Positions 44,269-53,458 of a stretch of 64,000 nt of DNA are shown here, one piece after another (positions within the stretch are counted from its first letter, which is position 1; each line of letters begins with the position of its first letter). A model generated the notes under the pieces. The model saw nothing but the letters and a program-made list of their open reading frames with translations. It did not search any database and had not been told where the DNA came from. Source of the stretch: a virus; IMG/VR virus record IMGVR_UViG_3300031541_000012, positions 89,494 to 153,493 of that record; one strand, 5' to 3'. Both the position numbers and the translations under genes were made by a program.

Positions 44269-45726
44269 TTAGTTGTCTTCAGTCGGGAAGACCACTGTAC
44301 CATCGCTGACATATGCGCCAAACGATGTAGTATCAACAGCAATTTCAAACGTTGTGCTGTTGAGGATCGTGATTGTATAGCTCTGGCCATTAACTGAGGT
44401 CATACCCACGACACCGTCAATTGTTACGGTAGAGCTGTTGATCATGCTGCTAGTGTCGCTCACTGTAACCACGCCTGGGTTAGCGTTTGTGATATTTGTA
44501 ATAACCAAGTTGCCGGTTGAGTTAAACGTGTTGATTGGTGAGACGTTTGGAGCAAAGCCTGTAACGCTGAACACTGCACTGTTGTCAGTTACATCGTCTG
44601 CAAGCTTGTATCCTGAATACATTGTGGTGGTACCGCTTGTGGTAGTGTTGAGGTCCATGTCGTCCATTACGACACGGATATCAATTGAAACCCACCCAGC
44701 AATTGGCACATCCTCTAGGATACGCGCTGTCCAAACCAATCTCAATGCATCATAGCTGTTGTATTCGTCATACAAACCACCGTCATCTTTCGGTGCACGA
44801 GGGCTACCGCTAATGAATACGGTCTGGTATGATGAAGTCAACTCATATGCACCAAATCCACTTGACGTACCATTGACTCCAGACTGTGACGTTGTGTCAT
44901 AGTCAATGATCAAGCTGCCCATGTCGTTGACAACTTGGTTCCAGTTGAAGTAACCTTGATTTTCTTCGTCACCTGTCATTTCTAGGCGTTGGCGGAGATG
45001 GCATCCGCTATTAAAGAAATAACGCATAGCCTCGTAATTTGGCCATGAGTAACGGAACACACCAACTAGAATGTTGTCCCAATCTTCTGCACGGGTAAAG
45101 CTGTCAATATTACCTTGGATTGTTGCAATGTCATTCTGCCAGTAATTGTTACCTGGCAAAACGTCGTCATCAATAGCACTCTGGATAGCTAGCTTGTCCT
45201 GCGCTTCAACAATTTTACCTTGGTTGAATCGAGTCAGTTCAGTTGGACCACTAATACGATCTTCAATGATGTTGACTTTGTCAATTAGGTTGTTTGTGTT
45301 TGCTTGGATGTACGCTTGTAGGGTTTCTTCATCGGCGCGGACAATTTCGCCTGCTGAGATTGGATAAACACTGGCCTGCTGGCCCCAGCCAAAGCGATGT
45401 GCAGTACGGTTGTAAGCTTTAAGGAACGAGCCGGCATCAAGTGGAATAAGGTATGTGATAATACCATTGCCATAGTTAATGGAATATTCGCTTGGATCCA
45501 GTGTGATGTTGCTCACAGTAACTACTACAAAGTCAGTGCTAAGTGGCGTTGGTGAAAGTTGCTCTTGGTATCCTGCGGCTTCTGCTGATAGGTTAGTGGT
45601 GTCGAGAATCAAATCAGAGAGCTCATAACTGAGGTTAACTGTATTGTCACTGAAAAGTCGATTGATTTCTAGAGCCAAATCATTATAGTGTTGTGCCTCA
45701 ATTAGGTCTCCAATTTGGATAGCCAC
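44269..45726 (-). CDS. virion structural protein with C-terminal E1-FCCH-like beta domain
   Basis: GTG start; C-terminal ITNITNANPGVVTV...GVVGMTSVNG..Y...TFE..VDTTSFGAY module. Confidence 0.7.
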   Translation of the reverse strand: MAIQIGDLIEAQHYNDLALEINRLFSDNTVNLSYELSDLILDTTNLSAEAAGYQEQLSPTPLSTDFVVVTVSNITLDPSEYSINYGNGIITYLIPLDAGSFLKAYNRTAHRFGWGQQASVYPISAGEIVRADEETLQAYIQANTNNLIDKVNIIEDRISGPTELTRFNQGKIVEAQDKLAIQSAIDDDVLPGNNYWQNDIATIQGNIDSFTRAEDWDNILVGVFRYSWPNYEAMRYFFNSGCHLRQRLEMTGDEENQGYFNWNQVVNDMGSLIIDYDTTSQSGVNGTSSGFGAYELTSSYQTVFISGSPRAPKDDGGLYDEYNSYDALRLVWTARILEDVPIAGWVSIDIRVVMDDMDLNTTTSGTTTMYSGYKLADDVTDNSAVFSVTGFAPNVSPINTFNSTGNLVITNITNANPGVVTVSDTSSMINSSTVTIDGVVGMTSVNGQSYTITILNSTTFEIAVDTTSFGAYVSDGTVVFPTEDN

Positions 45727-46794
45727 TTACTTTGTTCCTACTACTACCTCAATGACGCCTGGTTCATCGTTGATTTTATCTTCTAATGCACGACCAATAA
45801 CATACTGCCAATTAACGCCGGCATTGTTGCCTGCACCCATTGCGTGTCCTAGGACGCCGCTTGACACTAGGCGTTCGCCCTTACTTACCTTACCGACAAC
45901 CTTGACAGGAATACGTCCAGTTAATGCGACATAAGGATGTGTTTTTTGTGGTCCAGCACCTGTATTCATTCCAAATGCAGGTTGCTCAGATACTACGCCA
46001 AACACATCCGAGCAAAATTCTTTATCAGTTGCAGTGATTTCCTTAGGGCCGCCAAGCTTAACAACTGTACCGTACTCGTAATCATCATCTGCATGGTAAC
46101 GTTCTGCAACGTCCGCATATTGTGCGCGTACCGCAGTACCATTGAATAGATAATCACCAGTGCTTTGATTTAGGTTTACACCTTGAACAATTTCAGGAAA
46201 ATGTGTGTTAAGAAGAGTAACACCATCTTCTAGAAATTCTGCATTTACACCACTGTTCTGCGGCTGCCATGCAGTTGCATCACTTGATGAGATGCTAACA
46301 ATTTGACCGCTGACAATCACTTCCACAGTGCGGTGTGTGGCGTCGCTGATGTCAAAGCGGGTACGGGCTACAACTCTTGTGTCACCTGCAATATCGCTCA
46401 CTGTCAGCCAGGAGCCGTTATAATAAACATACAACAAACCAGTGTCGCTGTCGAGCCAAAAATGTCCGTCACGTTCACCTACTGTTGTTGGCGCTGTGCT
46501 TTGTACTGTCATGCTTGCAACTGGCTTCCAGTTGCCGCTGTTAGCTACCGTATTATCAAAATACTTGAGCTCTCTGTTAGCTGAATCGTACCAAAGTTGT
46601 CCTTCTACTGGCTTGCTTGGCGCGGAACCACTCGCGAAGTTTTCCAGCATGTGCAATTGGTTTTCAGCAATGATCTCACCGTAATTTGTATAACCTTGAC
46701 CAACAAGACCAATATTGGTGGTAGTATCAACTGCTGAGTTGGCAACTGTAATAGGTGCCTTGGTTCCGTCTGTAAAATCTACTGTATATGCCAT
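45727..46794 (-). CDS. tail structural protein with C-terminal intramolecular-chaperone (peptidase G2-like) domain
   Basis: GYTNYGE..AEN.LHMLENFA....P.KPVEGQLWYD N-terminus; C-terminal YADVAERY...GTVV..GG..EIT...GVVS..P...ALTGRIPVKV...IGRALED. Confidence 0.7.
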   Translation of the reverse strand: MAYTVDFTDGTKAPITVANSAVDTTTNIGLVGQGYTNYGEIIAENQLHMLENFASGSAPSKPVEGQLWYDSANRELKYFDNTVANSGNWKPVASMTVQSTAPTTVGERDGHFWLDSDTGLLYVYYNGSWLTVSDIAGDTRVVARTRFDISDATHRTVEVIVSGQIVSISSSDATAWQPQNSGVNAEFLEDGVTLLNTHFPEIVQGVNLNQSTGDYLFNGTAVRAQYADVAERYHADDDYEYGTVVKLGGPKEITATDKEFCSDVFGVVSEQPAFGMNTGAGPQKTHPYVALTGRIPVKVVGKVSKGERLVSSGVLGHAMGAGNNAGVNWQYVIGRALEDKINDEPGVIEVVVGTK

Positions 46795-46797
46795 CTT

Positions 46798-47373
46798 TTA
46801 TCCTGCTGAGATTCTTACGGTGTAGACTACTTGGATCTTCCTGTTTTCGCTCTTTTGAACGGGATGAAAGATCAAGTGTGTTAGCAATCTACCTTGTTGC
46901 GACACCAAACCAATCTCGTCAAATATGTATTCGCCCTCTTGGTCAGCTGCATCGTCGAGTGGGTCTTGCCCTACTGGCTCACCATAGTCTAGTGTGCATG
47001 TGACAACGACGTCCGAAAACGTCGTGCCTCCCGTGTGTACCACGGTTGTATTATTTTCAATGTCGTCTTCAATACTGAAATCAACCACCTTGATATAAGT
47101 CTGGTTGTATAGCTCGTCTGTAATATCAGTAACGCGAACATCATTGTATGTGATAGCGCCGCTACCATCTACAACTACGCCGCCGTTGCCAAATGCAAGC
47201 GCCTGAATGAATCCGGAAAAACTGTTGATGCCCTGTGTGTTTGACAGGGCACTTGCAATTGCAAAGGTCATATTCTCACGATGAATTGCATTACGGCGAT
47301 TTAAAATAACCTCGCCTGTGTCAGGGTCTTTAATTAGGACGTGTCCCTCAATATGTAATTTCAAATGATCCAC
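46798..47373 (-). CDS. putative virion structural protein
   Basis: GTG start; EGHVLIKD, NAIH, AFGNGG, LDYGEP, FDEIGL and HPVQKS motifs; structural context. Confidence 0.65.
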   Translation of the reverse strand: MDHLKLHIEGHVLIKDPDTGEVILNRRNAIHRENMTFAIASALSNTQGINSFSGFIQALAFGNGGVVVDGSGAITYNDVRVTDITDELYNQTYIKVVDFSIEDDIENNTTVVHTGGTTFSDVVVTCTLDYGEPVGQDPLDDAADQEGEYIFDEIGLVSQQGRLLTHLIFHPVQKSENRKIQVVYTVRISAG

Positions 47374-47397
47374 TGTGAATACCTTGCTCTATTCGTG

Positions 47398-47403
47398 TAT
47401 TTA
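47398..47403 (-). promoter_or_regulatory. T4-late-type promoter core TAAATA
   Basis: CTAAATACAC on - strand in intergenic gap 47374-47424. Confidence 0.6.
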
Positions 47404-47424
47404 GCTTTGATTTTCGGCCCATGA

Positions 47425-48855
47425 TCAAGAGACCACGCCAATATCGCCAGTCGCATACCATGTGTCTGCGGCTGCTTTATATAGTTTGGTCTCTTTCCAT
47501 TGTGCTGAAACGGCGCCACTACCGCCAAGAATGCCATTAAGTGTAACACCAACATCAGCTGAGATTGTGGTCGCGCCCGCACCCTTTTGCATCACAGTGA
47601 TAACAGATCCAATTGGAAAATCAATGCTTGCTTCTGCTGGAATTGTAACAGTGTTTGCCGCAGCATTGTCCATTGGTACCATGTCATTTTGATCAGTAAG
47701 TGCTAGTGTGTAAGTTATACCAACTTGCTCATTAAATTGTTTTAGGTAATTCAATTTACCACTAATAGTAAAGACGCTGCCGTCCCACAATAGAGTTGAG
47801 TCACCGTCTATAACTCCGTCACCAGTAAAAAATGCTACTTCATTTACAAACGTTGTACCAGACTTTTCAATGCTTGAGCTTTCGTAAAGGAAATAGGTAT
47901 TAGCTGTACCTGAATAAATTAACCATGCTACGGATGAAAATGGGTTAGCACAGATTGATGTAAGTGATTCATTAGCACCGCTTTCTGTATTGCCATTAAT
48001 TGTTACACCTGTAATACCGACCAATTGCATTGGTTGATCAGTTGACTTAAAAAATGTTGTAACTAGCTTTGGTCCGCTATTTGCCAAATTGCCTGTCTGT
48101 GGCACGATCCAAGTTACTGCACTAGTTGCGCCATCGTTTGTAATGTATGCACCGTTATCGTTTGCGTCCAATGTACGGTCTGAAGTGTTTGTATAAATGC
48201 GGTTGTTTGCAAGCTGCAAACGAAACTCACCTGCTGTGGGATTGAAAACCGACAGCCCGTCGCCTGTTTCAAATGTCAGTGTGGTTGCAGGGAACCCTGA
48301 TGTTGCACCATCTACTGTTTCTTCACCAATAACAATTTGGTTAATTGCGTCTGATGGAATTGCATCTAGCTTGGCACCATCTGCTACCAAATCACGTCCA
48401 GCAACGTTACCATTTACATCAATTTCACCATCGATTGTCAGTGTTGCACCATTCCAAGTTAGTCTACCATTGGTACTAGCTACTGTGGTTGAGTCAACAA
48501 AAACTACTAGTTCGTCTGGGGCTGGACCGCCTGTTGATACAATACTCTGGTCATTACTAAAAGTAACCACAGTCCATATTGCATTACCAGTGGCATTATC
48601 CAAACAAATGTATGCTTGGTTGTTACTTTCATCAATCCAAAGGTCGCCAATTTCATAAAATCCAGTACCGTTTGTGTTTGCGCCATCGTCATCAGCAATT
48701 GGGCCGCTTGCTTTTCCTGTAACAATAAACGGCGCACTGTCTGCAATATTGAACATGTTCGCACGTAGGTCACCAGCACTAATATTACCAGTTTCATTAT
48801 CAGCATACCGTGACGCTGTTTCGGATCGGAATGTAGTTTTATCAACTTGTGTCAT
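47425..48855 (-). CDS. tail fibre-like protein
   Basis: T/G/D-rich beta-structured sequence; N-terminus paralogous to 49058..50926, C-terminus paralogous to 50936..52162. Confidence 0.7.
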   Translation of the reverse strand: MTQVDKTTFRSETASRYADNETGNISAGDLRANMFNIADSAPFIVTGKASGPIADDDGANTNGTGFYEIGDLWIDESNNQAYICLDNATGNAIWTVVTFSNDQSIVSTGGPAPDELVVFVDSTTVASTNGRLTWNGATLTIDGEIDVNGNVAGRDLVADGAKLDAIPSDAINQIVIGEETVDGATSGFPATTLTFETGDGLSVFNPTAGEFRLQLANNRIYTNTSDRTLDANDNGAYITNDGATSAVTWIVPQTGNLANSGPKLVTTFFKSTDQPMQLVGITGVTINGNTESGANESLTSICANPFSSVAWLIYSGTANTYFLYESSSIEKSGTTFVNEVAFFTGDGVIDGDSTLLWDGSVFTISGKLNYLKQFNEQVGITYTLALTDQNDMVPMDNAAANTVTIPAEASIDFPIGSVITVMQKGAGATTISADVGVTLNGILGGSGAVSAQWKETKLYKAAADTWYATGDIGVVS

Positions 48856-48874
48856 GTCATTCTCTCATATGTAA

Positions 48875-48880
48875 TATTTA
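48875..48880 (-). promoter_or_regulatory. T4-late-type promoter core TAAATA
   Basis: CTAAATATT on - strand about 20 nt upstream of ATG 48855, overlapping the stop of the small ORF. Confidence 0.5.
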
Positions 48881-49048
48881 GTCGGTACGGGGGAACGGTG
48901 CCGTCGGGACCGTGATTGTTGGTACGCCGCCGGCTGCCGGAATTGATGTTGGGTAGTAGAACATTTCATAGGTGAACTGGTCGCCGCTTTCTGCAAAAAT
49001 AGATGCATCTGTAAATTGTTTGTATTCTAGATTGAATAATTCTGCCAT
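48878..49048 (-). CDS. 56-aa hypothetical protein (not in ORF track)
   Basis: MAELFNLEYKQFTDASIFAESGDQFTYEMFYYPTSIPAAGGVPTITVPTAPFPRTD*; fills the gap between two fibre genes exactly. Confidence 0.65.
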   Translation of the reverse strand: MAELFNLEYKQFTDASIFAESGDQFTYEMFYYPTSIPAAGGVPTITVPTAPFPRTD

Positions 49049-49057
49049 TTAATTTAC

Positions 49058-50926
49058 TTATGCGGTCCTATACCATATATTGACGGCTATATTTGATGTG
49101 CCAGATGTCAATGCATCCACAGTTAATTCTGCATTGCCAGAACCACTAATTGTTTGTCGTACACTGATGTATTCAGTATTACCAATAATTCTTGATGAAA
49201 TAGCGCCAGTGAATGTAGCATCTGTCAGATCAACACTACCAAGCCATATATCATTGGAATTCGACGAAGGAGCAAATGGTAGTCCCCTGATAAAAATTTG
49301 ATTATTTCCTAGTAGTGAATTAGTCACTGTATCAATATTACGAATGTTAAATTGCAAGTATACCATTTCTCCGTATTTTGTGTAGTTAGCGCGTGTTCCA
49401 CCTATAATTGCTTCATTTCCCGCAACAGCATCATCTGCTAATACTGGTGTAAATGTGCCAGTTTCATATGTAAAATAATCAGCACCAGAATTAGTTGAAA
49501 TGCCTGTTCCACCAACTCTCAAGCTTTCATTACCATCAGCAATGAATTTTAATTCACTGCCAAATGTTCCAGTGGCACTGGTTGTATCTGCACGAATGCG
49601 AGCACTAAGGTTCCAATCAGTACCATCGTATCCTTCAAATCTAATGGATCCTAAATCATCTCCAGCAACAATTGCTGTAGGGATTTCAGCACCACCTCTT
49701 GCTTTACGGAAAACTATTTCTGCGTCGTTAAGATTATCAACGTGTGTCTGGTATATTTGTACTGAGCCTGCGGTTGAAAATCTAGTGATATGTACGTCAG
49801 CTTCAGTAGTAACTGTATCTCTAAGTCCTACTTGATTGGGGATAAAAACATCACCAGTTAAATTAGATGCTCGTAATGATTCACGTCCATTTGACCTAAG
49901 AACAACATCACCTGCATCAAGAGCTTCTAGTAGAAAATCCCCGGTGCCACGGTGAGCAATTTGGCTTGTTGAATTTTCGCCTGCTGTGCGTAGCATTCGC
50001 AAACCATAATCAGTATATACAGTGTCACCAATCAAATCAATTAGTGCATTACCGTCACCAGTTCTGTCTGCACCCATGTTAAGACGAACTGCGCCAGTTG
50101 TCTGTAGTACGTCACCAATAACCCAATCAAGGTTGTCAGGGCCGCGACCTGGAATAACTAGATCACCGTCTGATGAAATTTGGAAACGTGCAATTCCGTT
50201 GGTTTTGATATCAAGATTATTAACACTGGTTGTACCAATGCTTGCATTGACACCAGTAAAGTCCAGTGTTTCTTTTGTAAGCTGTGCACGGTCTAAGTTG
50301 CTTTCAGTCAATGTCAATGAGGTGACGTTGTTTCCTGTGCGTTCCATTTTAATAAAGCCAGTTCCGTTAACACCACCGTTGTCAACTGCATTGATTTTTA
50401 GTACACCTGCATCAACCCAAGTTAGCCAACGGCTTTCATCAACAACGCCGTCAAGATCGTTTAGCTCGACACCTGGCACAATTGCGCTAATGCGAAGACT
50501 TGAGTTGTCATATGTAAAGTTAGCATCGCCACGTATCTCAGTATCGTTTGCCCATGTTGCAATCTGGGTAACAAGTGGTGTGCCGCTCTTTTGCACACTT
50601 AGGCTACCACCAATTAGCAGCCATACCGCTGCTGTTGCTGTGTTATTTGAGCAAATGTAGGCCTGGTCACTTGTCTCGTCAATCCAAATGTCACCGACTG
50701 CAAATGTTGCTACAAAGCCGCTGGCAGTAAGTGTTCCTGCTGTGCCGTTAATGTCATCATTTGCAGTTGGTGCACTGTTTTGGTTTGTAATTTTAAATGG
50801 TACACTGGTTGCAACATCATCCATTTGTCCACGTAAATCAGCTGGTGAAATCTGCCCCGTAACATTGTCGGGGAAGTTAGTTTGGCTGGTTGTTATAAAT
50901 GCTGCCTTGCTTACTTCTTGTGCCAT
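49058..50926 (-). CDS. tail fibre-like protein
   Basis: 622 aa; modules FRKARG...GDDLGSIRFEGYDG and YETGTFTP...YTKYGEMVYL are typical of phage fibre proteins. Confidence 0.72.
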   Translation of the reverse strand: MAQEVSKAAFITTSQTNFPDNVTGQISPADLRGQMDDVATSVPFKITNQNSAPTANDDINGTAGTLTASGFVATFAVGDIWIDETSDQAYICSNNTATAAVWLLIGGSLSVQKSGTPLVTQIATWANDTEIRGDANFTYDNSSLRISAIVPGVELNDLDGVVDESRWLTWVDAGVLKINAVDNGGVNGTGFIKMERTGNNVTSLTLTESNLDRAQLTKETLDFTGVNASIGTTSVNNLDIKTNGIARFQISSDGDLVIPGRGPDNLDWVIGDVLQTTGAVRLNMGADRTGDGNALIDLIGDTVYTDYGLRMLRTAGENSTSQIAHRGTGDFLLEALDAGDVVLRSNGRESLRASNLTGDVFIPNQVGLRDTVTTEADVHITRFSTAGSVQIYQTHVDNLNDAEIVFRKARGGAEIPTAIVAGDDLGSIRFEGYDGTDWNLSARIRADTTSATGTFGSELKFIADGNESLRVGGTGISTNSGADYFTYETGTFTPVLADDAVAGNEAIIGGTRANYTKYGEMVYLQFNIRNIDTVTNSLLGNNQIFIRGLPFAPSSNSNDIWLGSVDLTDATFTGAISSRIIGNTEYISVRQTISGSGNAELTVDALTSGTSNIAVNIWYRTA

Positions 50927-50935
50927 GTCTTATCC

Positions 50936-52162
50936 TTATGTTACTGCATTATTGTCGCCTGAAACGATCCATTGATCAGAGCCAATTTTTGTCAGTCTAA
51001 TTAAACCAAATTGCGCAATGATATCTGCACCTGTGCTTGATGGCGCTCCGGAAACACCATTGAGTTGAACGAAATCACCAACTTCAACACGGGTCGTGCC
51101 AGCACCAAGTTGAATAATTTCAAACCAAAAGCCATCTGGGTAGGCGGTAGTTGCTTCTGGTAAAATTTCAATACGGTTGAGCGCGGCATTATCTCCAACA
51201 ATTGTTGCTCCCAAGTCAGTTAATTTGACGTTATAACTTGTACCAGTCTGTATATTAATAACACGCGCAGTTGGACCACCACCGCCAAGAGCAGACCATG
51301 CTGTACTATATCCTTCAAATTCTGAGCTATCACTATTATAGCGAATTAGACCAGGAACACCAGTTGGTCGTTGTGCATCTGTGCCCACTGGTAATAGAAT
51401 TGCATCAGTAAATTGTACTTCCAAGCCAACGCTTGCTGATGTACCAGGACCAATAACCATTCCCTCTGATTCAATGGTAGCCACTCTAACATTACCACTG
51501 TCTTCTTCAAAACGGAATTGGTCAATTGCGATGCCTTCCATACGAAAACGAATGTCACCTGCGACACGGTTTCTTATGGTAAGTTGACCGGAAGTTGTAT
51601 TTAGGTACCCTATCTCACCTGCAGATGAATTATTACCTTCAAATATTAGGCGGGTATTAAGTTCGCCTGTGAGAACATCACCGTTGTCGTCATTAATTGA
51701 AATTTCTGCGGCTATTGGGTGTTCAACTCTAAGACCGTCAGCATCAATACAAGCTACTTCAAGACCGTCAACCCAAAATTCAATTTCACTGTCAGGCTCA
51801 CCATTGTCAGGGTCTGCACTGATGCGCAACACTTCGTTATCAGATAGGACATCGTGTGAACCAGATGTACCGGTGTCTAGCATACGGAAACTTGGTGTTG
51901 CGCCTTGAAGCTGTAACCTTTGGTTAACTGAGTCCCAGGTTATGTCTGTTGTTCCTGTTATGCCAGTTGCACTGTCCCAATATGTTACGTTTCCGCCAAC
52001 TGGTGAACCTTGAATGTTTAGTGCATTGGTAAGGTTGCTGCCGTCACCAAATACTGTGTAAATCTCTGCAAAGTTATTATCAACTTTTTGCATTGCAGGA
52101 CGTAGTTCATCACCTGTACCATCATTTGCTACTGTGCCTAAGTTAAGTGGTTCTCTTGCCAT
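50936..52162 (-). CDS. tail fibre/baseplate-type protein with T4 gp9/gp10-like N-terminal motif
   Basis: MAREPLNLGTVANDGTGDELRPAMQKVDNNFAEIY; LPVGTDAQRP...G.IRYNS...FEGY module; ATG 52162 in TAATG overlap. Confidence 0.75.
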   Translation of the reverse strand: MAREPLNLGTVANDGTGDELRPAMQKVDNNFAEIYTVFGDGSNLTNALNIQGSPVGGNVTYWDSATGITGTTDITWDSVNQRLQLQGATPSFRMLDTGTSGSHDVLSDNEVLRISADPDNGEPDSEIEFWVDGLEVACIDADGLRVEHPIAAEISINDDNGDVLTGELNTRLIFEGNNSSAGEIGYLNTTSGQLTIRNRVAGDIRFRMEGIAIDQFRFEEDSGNVRVATIESEGMVIGPGTSASVGLEVQFTDAILLPVGTDAQRPTGVPGLIRYNSDSSEFEGYSTAWSALGGGGPTARVINIQTGTSYNVKLTDLGATIVGDNAALNRIEILPEATTAYPDGFWFEIIQLGAGTTRVEVGDFVQLNGVSGAPSSTGADIIAQFGLIRLTKIGSDQWIVSGDNNAVT

Positions 52163-53421
52163 TAGCCAATTCTCCAATCAGTGCCATCGCTATAAACTGG
52201 TACTCCGTTAGCACCACCGCCAGCCACTACGCTTGCAAATGTGGTTGCGGTTGCGTCTGTTACAAAAGCACGAGCTCCAGCACCGGCTCCTGCCGCAGTA
52301 ACCAAGTCTGCAACTGTTACCGCAGGCATTCTCAATTCAAGTGTGTCACTCATTCTAAATTGTTCAGTACCATCAATGTAGAATTGAATTGTTGAGCTTG
52401 CTTCTGTGTTGTCTGGATCAGCTTCAATACGTGCACCAGCACCAATTGGTGTAATGCTGAATCTTGCATGTGCGCCACTTAAATCAGTATCTTCAATTCG
52501 TAGACCAGGATTATCGCTATCAGCAATGTGAATTAAATCAGATGGGTCAGTTAAACCAATACCAACATTACCATTTGAATTAACGCGCATGTGCTCAGTA
52601 TTATCAACTAGCAATGCAATATATGAACCAGCCTCAGTATCAGTCTGGTCTGCATTTAAGAATAGTTGCCCAACTGCACCTGCATTAATAATAGCATAGC
52701 CGTTGCTGGCTGCATCAGTGTCACGCAACACAATCGCTGGATTAGCTGCTTCAACATCAATTGTCGCTGTGGGTGTGCGTCCAATGCCTAGGAAGCCTTG
52801 ATCTGTAATACGTACAACTTCTGATCCGTCCACTAGAAATTGGATGCCGCTGCCAGCTTGTCCATTACCAGGGTCAGCACTAAAGCTTAATAGTTCATCA
52901 GCTGCTGAAATATCATGTGATCCTGATGTATCTGTGTCAAGAAAGCGAATGTTAGGTGTTTCGCCTGTAATTTGTAGGCGTTCGTTCGTATTAATCCATA
53001 CAAAGCTACTGCTACCAGCTAGAAATTCTTCACCAGCCCAATATGCAATTTCGTTAATTGCTGGTGTACCAACTTGTTTAACATCACCACCTTCATCGTC
53101 AATGGTAATTGTTGCAACGCCGCCTACATCTGTTACTGTGACAGTCTCACCAACAAAGTTAAGGATAGCTGGATTTAGTATTACCTCCACACCCTCTTCA
53201 TAAACTGCTGGACGAACACTTTCACTAATACCAGTTTCAATGTCAAATAGAACCTTTTGTACGTTCTTGACAACTGCACCGTTTCGTGTTGTAACAAGTC
53301 CAGGACCTGGACCGTTTTCTGTTGCGTCAAATGCATCATTTGATATTGCCGCAAGAACTGTTGCATCAACATCAACTTGGTTGAGCAGGTTAATCAGTTC
53401 GTCAATTGTGTTTACTACCAT
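52162..53421 (-). CDS. tail fibre-like protein
   Basis: Three internal AD..N....S.I.F.VDG.E..R repeats; GNVGIG/GFLGIG motifs. Confidence 0.72.
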   Translation of the reverse strand: MVVNTIDELINLLNQVDVDATVLAAISNDAFDATENGPGPGLVTTRNGAVVKNVQKVLFDIETGISESVRPAVYEEGVEVILNPAILNFVGETVTVTDVGGVATITIDDEGGDVKQVGTPAINEIAYWAGEEFLAGSSSFVWINTNERLQITGETPNIRFLDTDTSGSHDISAADELLSFSADPGNGQAGSGIQFLVDGSEVVRITDQGFLGIGRTPTATIDVEAANPAIVLRDTDAASNGYAIINAGAVGQLFLNADQTDTEAGSYIALLVDNTEHMRVNSNGNVGIGLTDPSDLIHIADSDNPGLRIEDTDLSGAHARFSITPIGAGARIEADPDNTEASSTIQFYIDGTEQFRMSDTLELRMPAVTVADLVTAAGAGAGARAFVTDATATTFASVVAGGGANGVPVYSDGTDWRIG

Positions 53422-53446
53422 CTTTTGTTCCCTATGGGTTTTTCAG

Positions 53447-53452
53447 TATTTA
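53447..53452 (-). promoter_or_regulatory. T4-late-type promoter core TAAATA
   Basis: AATAAATACTG on - strand in intergenic gap 53422-53458. Confidence 0.6.
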
Positions 53453-53458
53453 TTGGTA

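Noticed and set aside
47425-53421. Diversity-generating retroelement acting on tail fibres
   Set aside because: No reverse transcriptase and no near-identical template/variable repeat pair at DNA level; similarity is only at protein level.
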